NCBI GenBank assembly: GCA_964501365.1
Contig: CAZCST010000003.1
Coordinates: 1,962-65,961, forward strand
DNA from: an uncultured Phycisphaera sp.
GTDB lineage: Bacteria > Planctomycetota > Phycisphaerae > UBA1845
Direction of reading: 5' to 3'
DNA: 64,000 nucleotides
The position numbers and the translations under genes are program-made. Each line of letters opens with the position of its first letter. Position 1 is the stretch's first letter. This document shows, one piece after another, positions 17,397 to 25,163 of the stretch. The notes below the pieces were generated by a model that did not search any database, was not told the origin of the DNA, and saw nothing but the letters and a program-made list of their open reading frames with translations.

Positions 17397-18992
17397 ATGA
17401 AGGTTTGGCATTGCCTTAGCGCCTTGGCTTTTGCGGCATTGGCTCAGGTAGCCGCAGGCCAGGTCATCAATATTCCGCAGTCAGCGTTGCTTCCGCTGGG
17501 AGACCCCGGGACGAGTTCCTGGATTGCCAGTGATGCGGGGCTTGATGGGACAACGAACCTCAAGCTCATTGCCGAGGTTACCGGAACGGCAGTCGCCAAC
17601 TCATTTCTCCTCGACGTTCAAAATGACGGCTTTCCAACGGTAGGTGGAACGACCAATGACGTGGTGGTGTTCGGACCCGCCGCGGTGCCGGGCGCAACAG
17701 CGACAGTGGAGATCCCGTCAACCTGCGGAATCTCGCTTTTCCACGACGTCTATGACGCCACGGGGGAGTTCTTGAGCGGCCCCGACGGCATCCTCAATGA
17801 GAACCCCGTATTCGGCACGAGCGACGCCTATCTGTGCAGCGATACATCGAAGAGTTATACGGCCGAGGGCCGTCGCCAAATGGTCAAATATTATCCGGTC
17901 TCTCCTGCGCACAGTTACAAGTTCACCAGCCAGTGGGGGACCGTGACGCAATTGGGATCGGGTTATCGATTGTTCCTGTTTCTCGACGACGATCATACAC
18001 CCAATTACGACTACGACGACATGATCATTGGCGTGATTGCGCCGCCCTGCGTGGGAAACATTGATTGCAACGACAACGACGTATGCAACGGCGAAGAGAC
18101 CTGTCTGAGTGGTGTTTGTCAGGAAGGCCAGCCGATCCTGTGCGACGACGGCGATTTTTGCAATGGCGCTGAAACCTGCGTAAACGGGATTTGCGGGCCG
18201 GGAACTCCACCGACATGCAGCGACGGAAATGTCTGTACTGTGGATTCGTGCGCGGAGAATGCCTGCGTTCATGCTCCCAACAACGCGATGTGCCCCAATG
18301 ACGGCCTGTTCTGCAACGGCGTGGAGTCATGTGATCCTGTTTTCGGCTGCATTTCGTCGGGAAACCCCTGCGACGTCGGCGCGATTTGCGATGAAGACGA
18401 CGATGTTTGCCGCAATTGCCAGAATGATCCCGACTGCGACGACGGCAACCCCTGCACGGTAGGCCACGCCTGTATCGAAGGCGTATGTCAGCCGGGCGCG
18501 CCGGTGAATTGCACGCCGTTCAATACGCAATGCACGATCGTCTCCTGCGATTCGCACGGCGAACCAGGCAATTGCGACATCACAACTCCGAAGCCAAACG
18601 GCACGGGTTGCGATGACGGATTGTTCTGCACGGTGAATGATGCGTGCAGCGCCGGAAACTGCACGGGTACTCCAAAGGATTGCAGCGCACTGAGCAATGA
18701 ATGCAATCAAGGCGTCTGCAACGAGGCGGCGGACGCCTGCCAGGCGCAGCCCCTCGGCGGCGAAACCGTCTGCAACGACGGCGATGAATGCACGGTCGGC
18801 GACGCTTGCGTCGAAGGGAATTGCCAGGGTTTGGTGCCCGCTGGATTGGCTCAGTGGGCGGACCTTGCAGATTGCATGTCCGGACCTGACTGGATTATTT
18901 TTCCGGAGTGCGAATGCCACGACCTCAATGCCGATGGTCGCCTCGACTTGCGCGACGCGGAACAGTTCATGCGGTTATTTGACGGGCAATAA
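17397..18992 (+). CDS. Secreted cysteine-rich repeat protein with dockerin/EF-hand-like C-terminal segment
   Basis: Signal peptide MKVWHCLSALAFAALAQVAAGQ from ATG 17397 (GGGGGA SD). The N-terminal ~215-aa domain ends LFLFLDDDHTPNYDYDDMIIGVI. Then come more than 10 Cys-rich units (CNDNDVCNGEETC, CDDGDFCNGAETC, CSDGNVCTVDSC ..). The tail is CHDLNADGRLDLRDAEQFMRLFDGQ. Confidence 0.8.
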   Translation: MKVWHCLSALAFAALAQVAAGQVINIPQSALLPLGDPGTSSWIASDAGLDGTTNLKLIAEVTGTAVANSFLLDVQNDGFPTVGGTTNDVVVFGPAAVPGATATVEIPSTCGISLFHDVYDATGEFLSGPDGILNENPVFGTSDAYLCSDTSKSYTAEGRRQMVKYYPVSPAHSYKFTSQWGTVTQLGSGYRLFLFLDDDHTPNYDYDDMIIGVIAPPCVGNIDCNDNDVCNGEETCLSGVCQEGQPILCDDGDFCNGAETCVNGICGPGTPPTCSDGNVCTVDSCAENACVHAPNNAMCPNDGLFCNGVESCDPVFGCISSGNPCDVGAICDEDDDVCRNCQNDPDCDDGNPCTVGHACIEGVCQPGAPVNCTPFNTQCTIVSCDSHGEPGNCDITTPKPNGTGCDDGLFCTVNDACSAGNCTGTPKDCSALSNECNQGVCNEAADACQAQPLGGETVCNDGDECTVGDACVEGNCQGLVPAGLAQWADLADCMSGPDWIIFPECECHDLNADGRLDLRDAEQFMRLFDGQ

Positions 18993-19016
18993 ACCTCCCT
19001 GATCACAAATTGCAAT

Positions 19017-19060
19017 GCGGCGCAGAACCGGACGATTCGGACTGCGCCGCTTTTTTGTTT
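19017..19060 (+). terminator. Rho-independent terminator of the Cys-rich protein gene
   Basis: GCGGCGCAG (19017-25) pairs with CTGCGCCGC (19042-50) and is followed by TTTTTTGTTTT, 25 nt after the stop codon. Confidence 0.75.
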
Positions 19061-19366
19061 TCGGGTCCTGACAAAGCAAAACCGGCCAGAGTCCCGTTCC
19101 GCTGCGAAGCGGACGGTCATCTGGCCGGGTGCGTGAGGCTTCCCCCTCCGGAAAGCAGTTTTTATTGCACAGGAAGCCTGTTCCGGGCCTTTTGTCCCGT
19201 CCGAGGCCGCCAATGAAGGTACTCAAATCTAAGATACGAAGGGCATTTCACCAAGGGTGTAACGGAAATGAAATTCCCCCAGGCCGGTAACTCAAATACC
19301 GGATAACAGAGATCGTTCTGAAGTTGCTTCACCGCGCCGACGATTCAGAAAACCCAGGCAGCAGCA

Positions 19367-19466
19367 GGCACTGGTATCGTTCGGAGTTCGGGTGTCACTG
19401 GCAGCTGGCTGCCAGTGCCGGCACGGGCGGACCAGCCGCCCGTGGCACCCAAACGATACCAGTACC
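19367..19466. other. Perfectly paired three-way-junction element (candidate small RNA or palindromic repeat unit)
   Basis: Outer stem ggCACTGGTATCGTT (19367-81) / AACGATACCAGTaCC (19452-66): 12 perfect bp plus 2. It encloses two perfect 9-bp hairpins, CACTGGCAG-ctgg-CTGCCAGTG (19396-19417) and CACGGGCGG-accag-CCGCCCGTG (19422-19444). Confidence 0.5.
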
Positions 19467-19537
19467 CAGCAGCATGCATTCTGGCGGCAAATTTGACACC
19501 GGCTTTTCTTGCAGGATGATTTCCCGTTTCGGGGTTC

Positions 19538-20164
19538 ATGCGAAACTTTTTGCGAGGTACGGACATGGTCAAGATGATGGTGGTTTTGTCAGCGATTTCC
19601 ATTGGGGCGGTGGCATTGGGCGGGGACGAAGCCAAGACGGCCAAGCCCGCGGCCAAATCGGTCTACGAATTTACGGTGAAGGATATTGACGGGAAGGATG
19701 TCAACCTGTCGAAGTACAAGGGCGACGTTCTGATGATCGTCAATGTAGCCAGCAAGTGCGGGCTGACGGAAAAATCCTACGCCGGCCTGGAGACGATTTA
19801 CAAGAAGTACAAGGACAAGGGCTTCAAGGTGCTTGCCTTCCCGGCCAACAATTTTGGCGGCCAGGAGCCGGGGACCAATCCGGAAATCAAGAGCTTCTGT
19901 GCCCAGCACAATGTCAGCTTCGACCTGTTCGACAAGATTTCGGTCAAGGGCGAGGATCAGGCGGCGCTGTACGCCTATCTGACGAAGCATCCGGAGAAAT
20001 CCATTGCCGGCGACATCGAGTGGAATTTCCAGAAGTACCTCATCAGCCGCGACGGTACGGTGCTGGCGAAATTCAGCCCGAAAAAATATCCGGACGACAA
20101 GGAAATCACCGATGCGATCGAAAAGGCGCTGGCCGACAAGCCCAAGCCCGCGACCGGCGGCTGA
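19538..20164 (+). CDS. gpx: Glutathione peroxidase (Cys-type), exported
   Basis: NVASKCGLT (TGC codon, not TGA), LAFPANNFGGQEPG, WNFQKYLISRDG. N-terminal hydrophobic signal. An alternative start is ATG 19565. Confidence 0.9.
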   Translation: MRNFLRGTDMVKMMVVLSAISIGAVALGGDEAKTAKPAAKSVYEFTVKDIDGKDVNLSKYKGDVLMIVNVASKCGLTEKSYAGLETIYKKYKDKGFKVLAFPANNFGGQEPGTNPEIKSFCAQHNVSFDLFDKISVKGEDQAALYAYLTKHPEKSIAGDIEWNFQKYLISRDGTVLAKFSPKKYPDDKEITDAIEKALADKPKPATGG

Positions 20165-20201
20165 TCCGACACAATAACCGCACGCAATCGCGCTGACAGT
20201 C

Positions 20202-20693
20202 ATGGATTATCGATTTCTTGATCGTCTCGCCGGAAACGAGTCGCGTTCCCGGCCCGCCGCCGAGCACCAGCATTGTGCATTTTGCGGGTACGATCTTTTT
20301 GCGAGCGTCTCCGACCGCTGTCCGGAATGTGGAAACCTCATCGATACGCACGCGATGCGCGACCAGTCCGACGAAGCCAGGCTGCAGTCTATGGAACTGG
20401 AAGATGCGATGCGGTTTCTTCCCCTGGCGTGGAAACTGGCGGCAGTGGGAGTGGTGCTCTTTTTGATCCGAGTGCCTCCGTTCCTTGGCCCCGGGGCGGC
20501 ATGGCTGGCTCGCTCACTTGGCTTCCTATGCGGATTCGTTGCACTGTTCCTTCGGCTGTCGGTGATCCGCCTGGGCAGCCTCCCTGGTTCGCCCATAACG
20601 CAGGAGCAGAGGGCGGCGCGCGACAGTTTTTTGGGGGCGATCGAAATCGTGTGTGGTCTGTTTTTGATGGCGACAGCCATCGGACTCAAATGA
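20202..20693 (+). CDS. Membrane protein with N-terminal CxxCGYDL..CPECG zinc ribbon
   Basis: HCAFCGYDLFASVSDRCPECGN near the N-terminus, followed by three hydrophobic helices. Confidence 0.65.
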   Translation: MDYRFLDRLAGNESRSRPAAEHQHCAFCGYDLFASVSDRCPECGNLIDTHAMRDQSDEARLQSMELEDAMRFLPLAWKLAAVGVVLFLIRVPPFLGPGAAWLARSLGFLCGFVALFLRLSVIRLGSLPGSPITQEQRAARDSFLGAIEIVCGLFLMATAIGLK

Positions 20694-20711
20694 TCCTCTC
20701 GTGAGATTCCA

Positions 20712-21536
20712 TTGACCTACCTCGAGGGGATCATTCTTGGTGCGGTGCAGGGCCTGACCGAATTTCTCCCCATCAGCAGCAGTGCCCACCTGATCGTCGT
20801 GCAAAACTGGCTGCGGCTCGACCCCAATGGCCTGCCCATGGAAGTGTTCGACGGAGTATCGCACGTTGGCACCGTGCTGGCCGTGTTCCTCGTTTTCTTC
20901 GCCTCCTTTCGCGGCTACTTCACCCGCCTGCTCGCCGAGATGAGTCCTGGTTGGACGCATCATCGCTATGCCTGGCGTATCGCACTTCTGGGAATCTGCG
21001 CTTCCGTTCCGACGGCCGTCATCGGCCTGGCGTTCAAGGACTATTTCGAACGTTCATTCGGAAATCCCATCGAGGTGGGCGGCGGCCTGGTCATCACGGG
21101 ATTTTTGCTGCTGGCCACGCTGTGGTTCCCGCGCGGCCGAAAGGGTTGGAAGAGATTCTCATGGTGGAATGCCTTCTGGGTCGGCGTCGCACAGGGCATT
21201 TCCATCTCGCCGGGCATTTCGCGCAGCGGAGCGACCATCTGCACGGCCACCGTGTGCGGCATACGCCGCCGCTGGGCGGCGGAGTTCAGCTTCTTCATCG
21301 CGATTCCGGCGATCCTCGGGGCGACCGTGCTGAAGCTCCGCGAGGCATTTGCTGGATCGACGGATTCCGGTCACGTCATTGCCTGGGGCCCAACGCTTCT
21401 TGGCGGCTTCATTGCATTTCTATTTGGCGTCATCTCGCTCCGCATGCTTCTCGACGCGGTCCGCCGCGCCAAGCTCCATCACTTCGCCTGGTATTGCTTC
21501 ATCGTCGGCGCTCTCATCATGGCGAAGGTGGTATGA
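20712..21536 (+). CDS. uppP: Undecaprenyl-diphosphate phosphatase
   Basis: GAVQGLTEFLPISSSAHL and ISRSGATI motifs; 8-TM BacA/UppP layout; TTG start. Confidence 0.9.
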   Translation: MTYLEGIILGAVQGLTEFLPISSSAHLIVVQNWLRLDPNGLPMEVFDGVSHVGTVLAVFLVFFASFRGYFTRLLAEMSPGWTHHRYAWRIALLGICASVPTAVIGLAFKDYFERSFGNPIEVGGGLVITGFLLLATLWFPRGRKGWKRFSWWNAFWVGVAQGISISPGISRSGATICTATVCGIRRRWAAEFSFFIAIPAILGATVLKLREAFAGSTDSGHVIAWGPTLLGGFIAFLFGVISLRMLLDAVRRAKLHHFAWYCFIVGALIMAKVV

Positions 21537-21984
21537 CTTCTGAATTCGTACCGCATTCGGGGCAGGTGCCGGTCGTGTTGCACGCAAGATTGTAGCCGCA
21601 TTTCACGCACAGCCCGCGACGGCGACGATTCCAAGGAATGACTCGACGGACCAAAGCGAAATAAACGGGGTAAGCGACCAGCAACATAGACAATGGGAAT
21701 AGTTCAACGCTGATTCGGAGATGCCAAAAGCCCGACCATTCGATGTACCCTATCCATGGAATTCGAATCTCATGTGTAGTTGGAGCCACCGTGCCTGGAG
21801 CGGTTGGCGGATTCGTGGGGAGTCTTTCACAAAACGCGTAGAAGCCTCCATTAAATGCTTCAATACGGCAGAAGTAGTTCTTCCTAATGACGCCTTGGTC
21901 GATTGGAACGACAGTGTTTATGGCGGTTGCGATAGCACACAATGACGCCAACGTCACCAAGACAACGATCAAGAACTTTCTCAC
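21517..21984 (-). CDS. Membrane protein with C-terminal CxxCGYNL..CPECG zinc ribbon
   Basis: N-terminal TM, ~80-aa middle region, second TM (LFPLSMLLVAYPVYFALV), then RRRRGLCVKCGYNLACNTTGTCPECGT. Same architecture as 3486..4049. Its 3' end overlaps uppP by 20 nt (convergent). Confidence 0.65.
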   Translation of the reverse strand: MRKFLIVVLVTLASLCAIATAINTVVPIDQGVIRKNYFCRIEAFNGGFYAFCERLPTNPPTAPGTVAPTTHEIRIPWIGYIEWSGFWHLRISVELFPLSMLLVAYPVYFALVRRVIPWNRRRRGLCVKCGYNLACNTTGTCPECGTNSEVIPPSP

Positions 21985-22020
21985 CGGCTGTCTCGATACC
22001 GAACAACACCGTAAGTTCTG

Positions 22021-22170
22021 CTAATCCTCCGGGTCGAGGATGGCGAGGAAGGCTTCCTGGGGGATGGCGACGTTGCCAACGGTGCGCATGCGCTTCTTGC
22101 CTTCCTTCTGCTTCTCCAGCAGTTTGCGCTTGCGGGTGATGTCGCCGCCGTAGCACTGGCAAGTAGTATT
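22021..22170 (-). pseudogene. lepA: Relic of the 3' end of lepA (elongation factor 4)
   Basis: ..[44 protein letters not shown] matches the conserved LepA C-terminus (compare E. coli [41 protein letters not shown]). No LepA-like sequence is seen upstream, where the nucleotidyltransferase gene lies. The upstream boundary is approximate. Confidence 0.6.
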
Positions 22171-22231
22171 TCGACTGCGTTCCAATCGCTTTCCGCCTTG
22201 GCTCGCTATTGCCGAACAGCGTCCCTGGGCC

Positions 22232-22546
22232 TCATCCGGCATACAGGACCCTTCCGGTCTTTTCTGCGAAGTACACGATGGAATTCACGACGGATCTTGC
22301 GCGGCGATATTCCTCAGGGGTTTTTACGATGATATCAAAGGCCGCAGGAATGTCGGCCAGCAGGCGGCGAACCGCGCCGTAACGCTTGTGCGGAGGCAGC
22401 GAAGTTTTCGCGATCACTAGCAAGTCGATATCGGAATCCGGCCGTGCGGATCCGTCGGCATGCGATCCGAAAACGACGACGCGATCCGCTCCGAATTGAA
22501 CCGCGATTTGTCTGCCAAGTTCATTGAGTTGCTGTGTGCTTATCAT
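22232..22546 (-). CDS. Nucleotidyltransferase-domain protein (MNT-like), no HEPN partner
   Basis: [24 protein letters not shown] (G[SG]..x9-13..D.D pol-beta-type NTase motif). About 104 aa from ATG 22546. The longer track start (22681) adds non-homologous sequence. Confidence 0.8.
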   Translation of the reverse strand: MISTQQLNELGRQIAVQFGADRVVVFGSHADGSARPDSDIDLLVIAKTSLPPHKRYGAVRRLLADIPAAFDIIVKTPEEYRRARSVVNSIVYFAEKTGRVLYAG

Positions 22547-23049
22547 GTTATTTTCCTGCGGCTCTATTATAGCCGACAGCGCTGGAATCGGACAAACCAA
22601 CTCGGGGCAGAGAATTTTCGGGTCCATTCTGGGAAAACGCCGCTCAGGTTCCATATCTAATTGTAACTGGGCTATTCGCACAGCCCGCGCCTACGAAGCA
22701 AACCAAAGAAGCCTGCGCTTTAATCGAGTGATCGTTTCGCCGAAAAAAATCCGCGCGCCCCCGATGTTCTCCTTTGTGATGCTCAACCGTGCCGCCAGCA
22801 TTCGATTTCACCAGGCCTCGCGCCGGAATTCTGCGTTTCCCTGCCGGCCTCCCTCCAGTCCCTCCGCCGCGAAAGTAAAAACGACAAATCGAACCCGACT
22901 TTCAGTGCCTCTTTGCGCTTACGACACCCTGTGGTCTTGGCCCAGGTCAATCATGCTGCGCGAAGCTGATCCAACGCCTGGGATTGAGTCGGGTTTGACG
23001 GAGGATGGGAGTCGGCTCATGCTTTGTTCCTAAAGGGGCGTGATGACTC

Positions 23050-24108
23050 ATGGGCACCTGCGTCTGTGCATGTGGGGCGAAGTACCGATTCGCGGCGGAT
23101 GTATCGGGGAAGACGGCCCGGTGCAAACGGTGCGGAGAGACGCTGACATTTGCCGAAACTGTCACTTCGTCCGGCCACCCGCACGGGGGAGGCGCCGAAA
23201 AAAGCGAAGTGGTAGGTCCTCCACCGAATATCCCGGAATGCATCATCGAAGTCGAATCCGCAGAAGACGAAAACCAGATTGTCATTCAAAAGCGCCGCGA
23301 ACAAGGCTACTGGAGCGGCCTGCTCTGGAGTCTGCTTTTTCCATCGAGCATCCACAACCTGGCCGCCTTTTTGACGATCTGGTGCGCGTATGGGTTTATA
23401 TACTGCCTGCCCGTGCCGTGGACGATGCGGATTCCCCTGATCATTTTCTGGATTGCCCTTCAATGCTGGCTTGTGGCATTTCGCGTGGGAGTGGTGGAAG
23501 CTGCCGCGATGGGGCAATATCGGTTGCCCGATGTTGAGATTTCCGGAGATTTCTGGAGCGATCTGATCGAGCCTGCGCTGCGATGGTGCGGAAGCTGGCT
23601 GGTAGTCCTACTGCCAGCATTGCTCTATTCCACGGTTCAAGGATATCGTGGAATCAACGTTATCGGAGATACGTGGAAGGCGATCGACAACCCGCCTCTG
23701 CCGGGCATGGCGGGACCGGTCGTGGACGCCGGATTGGTGACGCTTGCGACTGTGGGAGTGTTCTTCTGGCCATTGGTGTTGCTGGTGGTCGTGTTCGGGA
23801 GCTTTGGATCGCTCTGGCGCATCGACATGATTCTTCAATCGGTCGGCAATACGCTGTTTCCCTATCTGGTGACGCCGGCGGTTGTCGCGCTGGGGTACGG
23901 AGCGATTGGATTGAGCGAGACGTATCTCACGCCGACACTTGGAATGGTATTCAAAGCGACGACGACAGCGGGCCTCGGTACAGCCATCTCGCAGCGAATC
24001 CTGTCCACCGGGATTGGATTGTATGCGGGGATTGTCATGGCGCGTGCGATCGGATTGTACTTCCGGCATTTCGGACATCGGCTGGCGTGGGATTGGGGAC
24101 AGAAGTAA
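23050..24108 (+). CDS. Polytopic membrane protein with N-terminal zinc ribbon
   Basis: MGTCVCACGAKYRFAADVSGKTARCKRCGETL (CxC..CxxC), then about 7 hydrophobic helices. No family is recognised. Confidence 0.65.
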   Translation: MGTCVCACGAKYRFAADVSGKTARCKRCGETLTFAETVTSSGHPHGGGAEKSEVVGPPPNIPECIIEVESAEDENQIVIQKRREQGYWSGLLWSLLFPSSIHNLAAFLTIWCAYGFIYCLPVPWTMRIPLIIFWIALQCWLVAFRVGVVEAAAMGQYRLPDVEISGDFWSDLIEPALRWCGSWLVVLLPALLYSTVQGYRGINVIGDTWKAIDNPPLPGMAGPVVDAGLVTLATVGVFFWPLVLLVVVFGSFGSLWRIDMILQSVGNTLFPYLVTPAVVALGYGAIGLSETYLTPTLGMVFKATTTAGLGTAISQRILSTGIGLYAGIVMARAIGLYFRHFGHRLAWDWGQK

Positions 24109-24139
24109 AGTTCAAAATTCGAAATTCAAAGTTCAAAAA
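24109..24139. repeat. Heptameric A/T-rich tandem repeat (consensus AGTTCAA) x4
   Basis: agttcaa aattcga aattcaa agttcaa, immediately after the stop at 24108. Followed by the small hairpin TCCCC-n9-GGGGA (24165-24183). Confidence 0.6.
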
Positions 24140-24205
24140 CGATGGAAAAACTAACCCGTCCATGTCCCCACTTATCAGGGGGAGGCACACCGGACAGCAT
24201 GGCAC

Positions 24206-25042
24206 TTAATGACGGTCGGGGGTGGGTTCGGTATCGCCGGCGTCGGGCATGATATGGTCGGTGGCGATGATTTCGACGCGTCGGTTCTTCTGGTGGCCCG
24301 GCTCATCGTAGGCGATGGGCTGGGCGCGATCACTGTCGGCGCAGGAGACGATGCGAATCTGTCGCCAGTCGAGGCCTCGTTCGGTGAGAGCCTTGGCGAC
24401 GGCGAGGGCACGGTCGAATCCCAGGCGCGTATTGTGGTCGGGCTCGCCGAAGGCTTCCTGTGCGGAGACGTGGCCCCGCACGTCGACAATGAAGCGCCGG
24501 CCCTGCAGATGCAGTACGGCAGCGTCGAGGCTTTTCAACGCCGCTGCTGTGAGTTTGGCGCTGTTGTGCTCGAAGGAGACCAGGCCGCAGAGGCTGTAGT
24601 ATTTGCTGGGGCGTAGCGATTGGACGTCGTGTTCGGCACCTTCCGGGCCAAGCTGATCGGTGGTGCTCAGACCGCGTCGCCAAAGTACGTGTCGGACCAG
24701 GACTTGTTCGTTGGGGTCCTGCGAGTTGAGATCAACGGGATTGTTGAAAGCCTCGCGGATGGCGACCGAGGCATCCAGATAAGAGACGGGAGGCTCCGAT
24801 CCGCCCTTGCCGTCACCGTCCTTGTTTTCGCCGCCGCCCTTGGGGCCCATGGCCATCGCGAGCATGATGACAAAGAACCCCATCATCAGTGTGACGTTGT
24901 CGGCGAAGGAAATGAGCCATTCCGGAGCGCCTTCGTGTTCGCCCTCGGCGTGGCCGCCTCCACCGTGGCCTCCTCCTCCGCCGTGACCGTGGCCGCCGTG
25001 CTCATCCTTCTTGTCGTGCTTGTCGTGTTCTTTGGCGTCCAT
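24206..25042 (-). CDS. motB: MotB/OmpA-family stator protein with His/Gly-rich N-terminus
   Basis: PEWLISFADNVTLMMGFFVIMLAM (MotB plug/TM region). C-terminal OmpA-like region ..RLGFDRALAVAKAL..NRRVEI. N-terminus MDAKEHDKHDKKDEHGGHGHGGGGGHGGGGHAEGEHEG. Confidence 0.8.
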   Translation of the reverse strand: MDAKEHDKHDKKDEHGGHGHGGGGGHGGGGHAEGEHEGAPEWLISFADNVTLMMGFFVIMLAMAMGPKGGGENKDGDGKGGSEPPVSYLDASVAIREAFNNPVDLNSQDPNEQVLVRHVLWRRGLSTTDQLGPEGAEHDVQSLRPSKYYSLCGLVSFEHNSAKLTAAALKSLDAAVLHLQGRRFIVDVRGHVSAQEAFGEPDHNTRLGFDRALAVAKALTERGLDWRQIRIVSCADSDRAQPIAYDEPGHQKNRRVEIIATDHIMPDAGDTEPTPDRH

Positions 25043-25049
25043 GGACGGA

Positions 25050-25080
25050 AGTTCAAAGTCAAAAGTTCAAAGTTCAAAAA
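25050..25080. repeat. Heptameric tandem repeat (AGTTCAA family) x4 in the motA-motB spacer
   Basis: agttcaa agtcaaa agttcaa agttcaa aaaag. On the minus strand it sits immediately 5' of the motB ATG. Followed by hairpins AGGGG-aaa-CCCCT and TCCCCCC-ttcgtaa-GGGGGGA (25100-25120). Confidence 0.6.
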
Positions 25081-25163
25081 AGAGGGGAAACCCCCCTAGT
25101 CCCCCCTTCGTAAGGGGGGAGGCGATTGAGTGCATCCCCCGGACATTCGGGAGAAGCGATCTG

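Noticed and set aside
19324-19689. 121-aa plus ORF (TTG start) covering the three-way-junction element and the gpx start
   Set aside because: Its sequence is dictated by the perfect palindromes (HWYRSEFGCHWQLAASAGTGGPAARGTQTIP). It has no SD and it overlaps gpx out of frame. The nucleotide-level pairing is the real signal.
19700-19760. Selenocysteine recoding in glutathione peroxidase
   Set aside because: The active-site residue in NVASKCGLT is encoded by TGC (Cys), not an in-frame TGA, and no SECIS-like hairpin is needed.
22524-23033. 169-aa plus ORF in the NTase to membrane-protein gap
   Set aside because: It has a low-complexity Ser/Arg/Pro/Ala composition and no motifs. It begins inside and antisense to the NTase gene. 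No start context supports it.
22682-23049. Possible RNase P RNA or tmRNA (fragments like GAAAGTCGGG and GGGTTCGATTT on the minus strand)
   Set aside because: The matches are single short strings. The order of RNase P-like motifs is wrong (the GGTAAG-like piece precedes the P4-like piece). No tRNA-like acceptor/T-arm pairing or tag reading frame could be built. A covariance-model scan would be needed to revive this.
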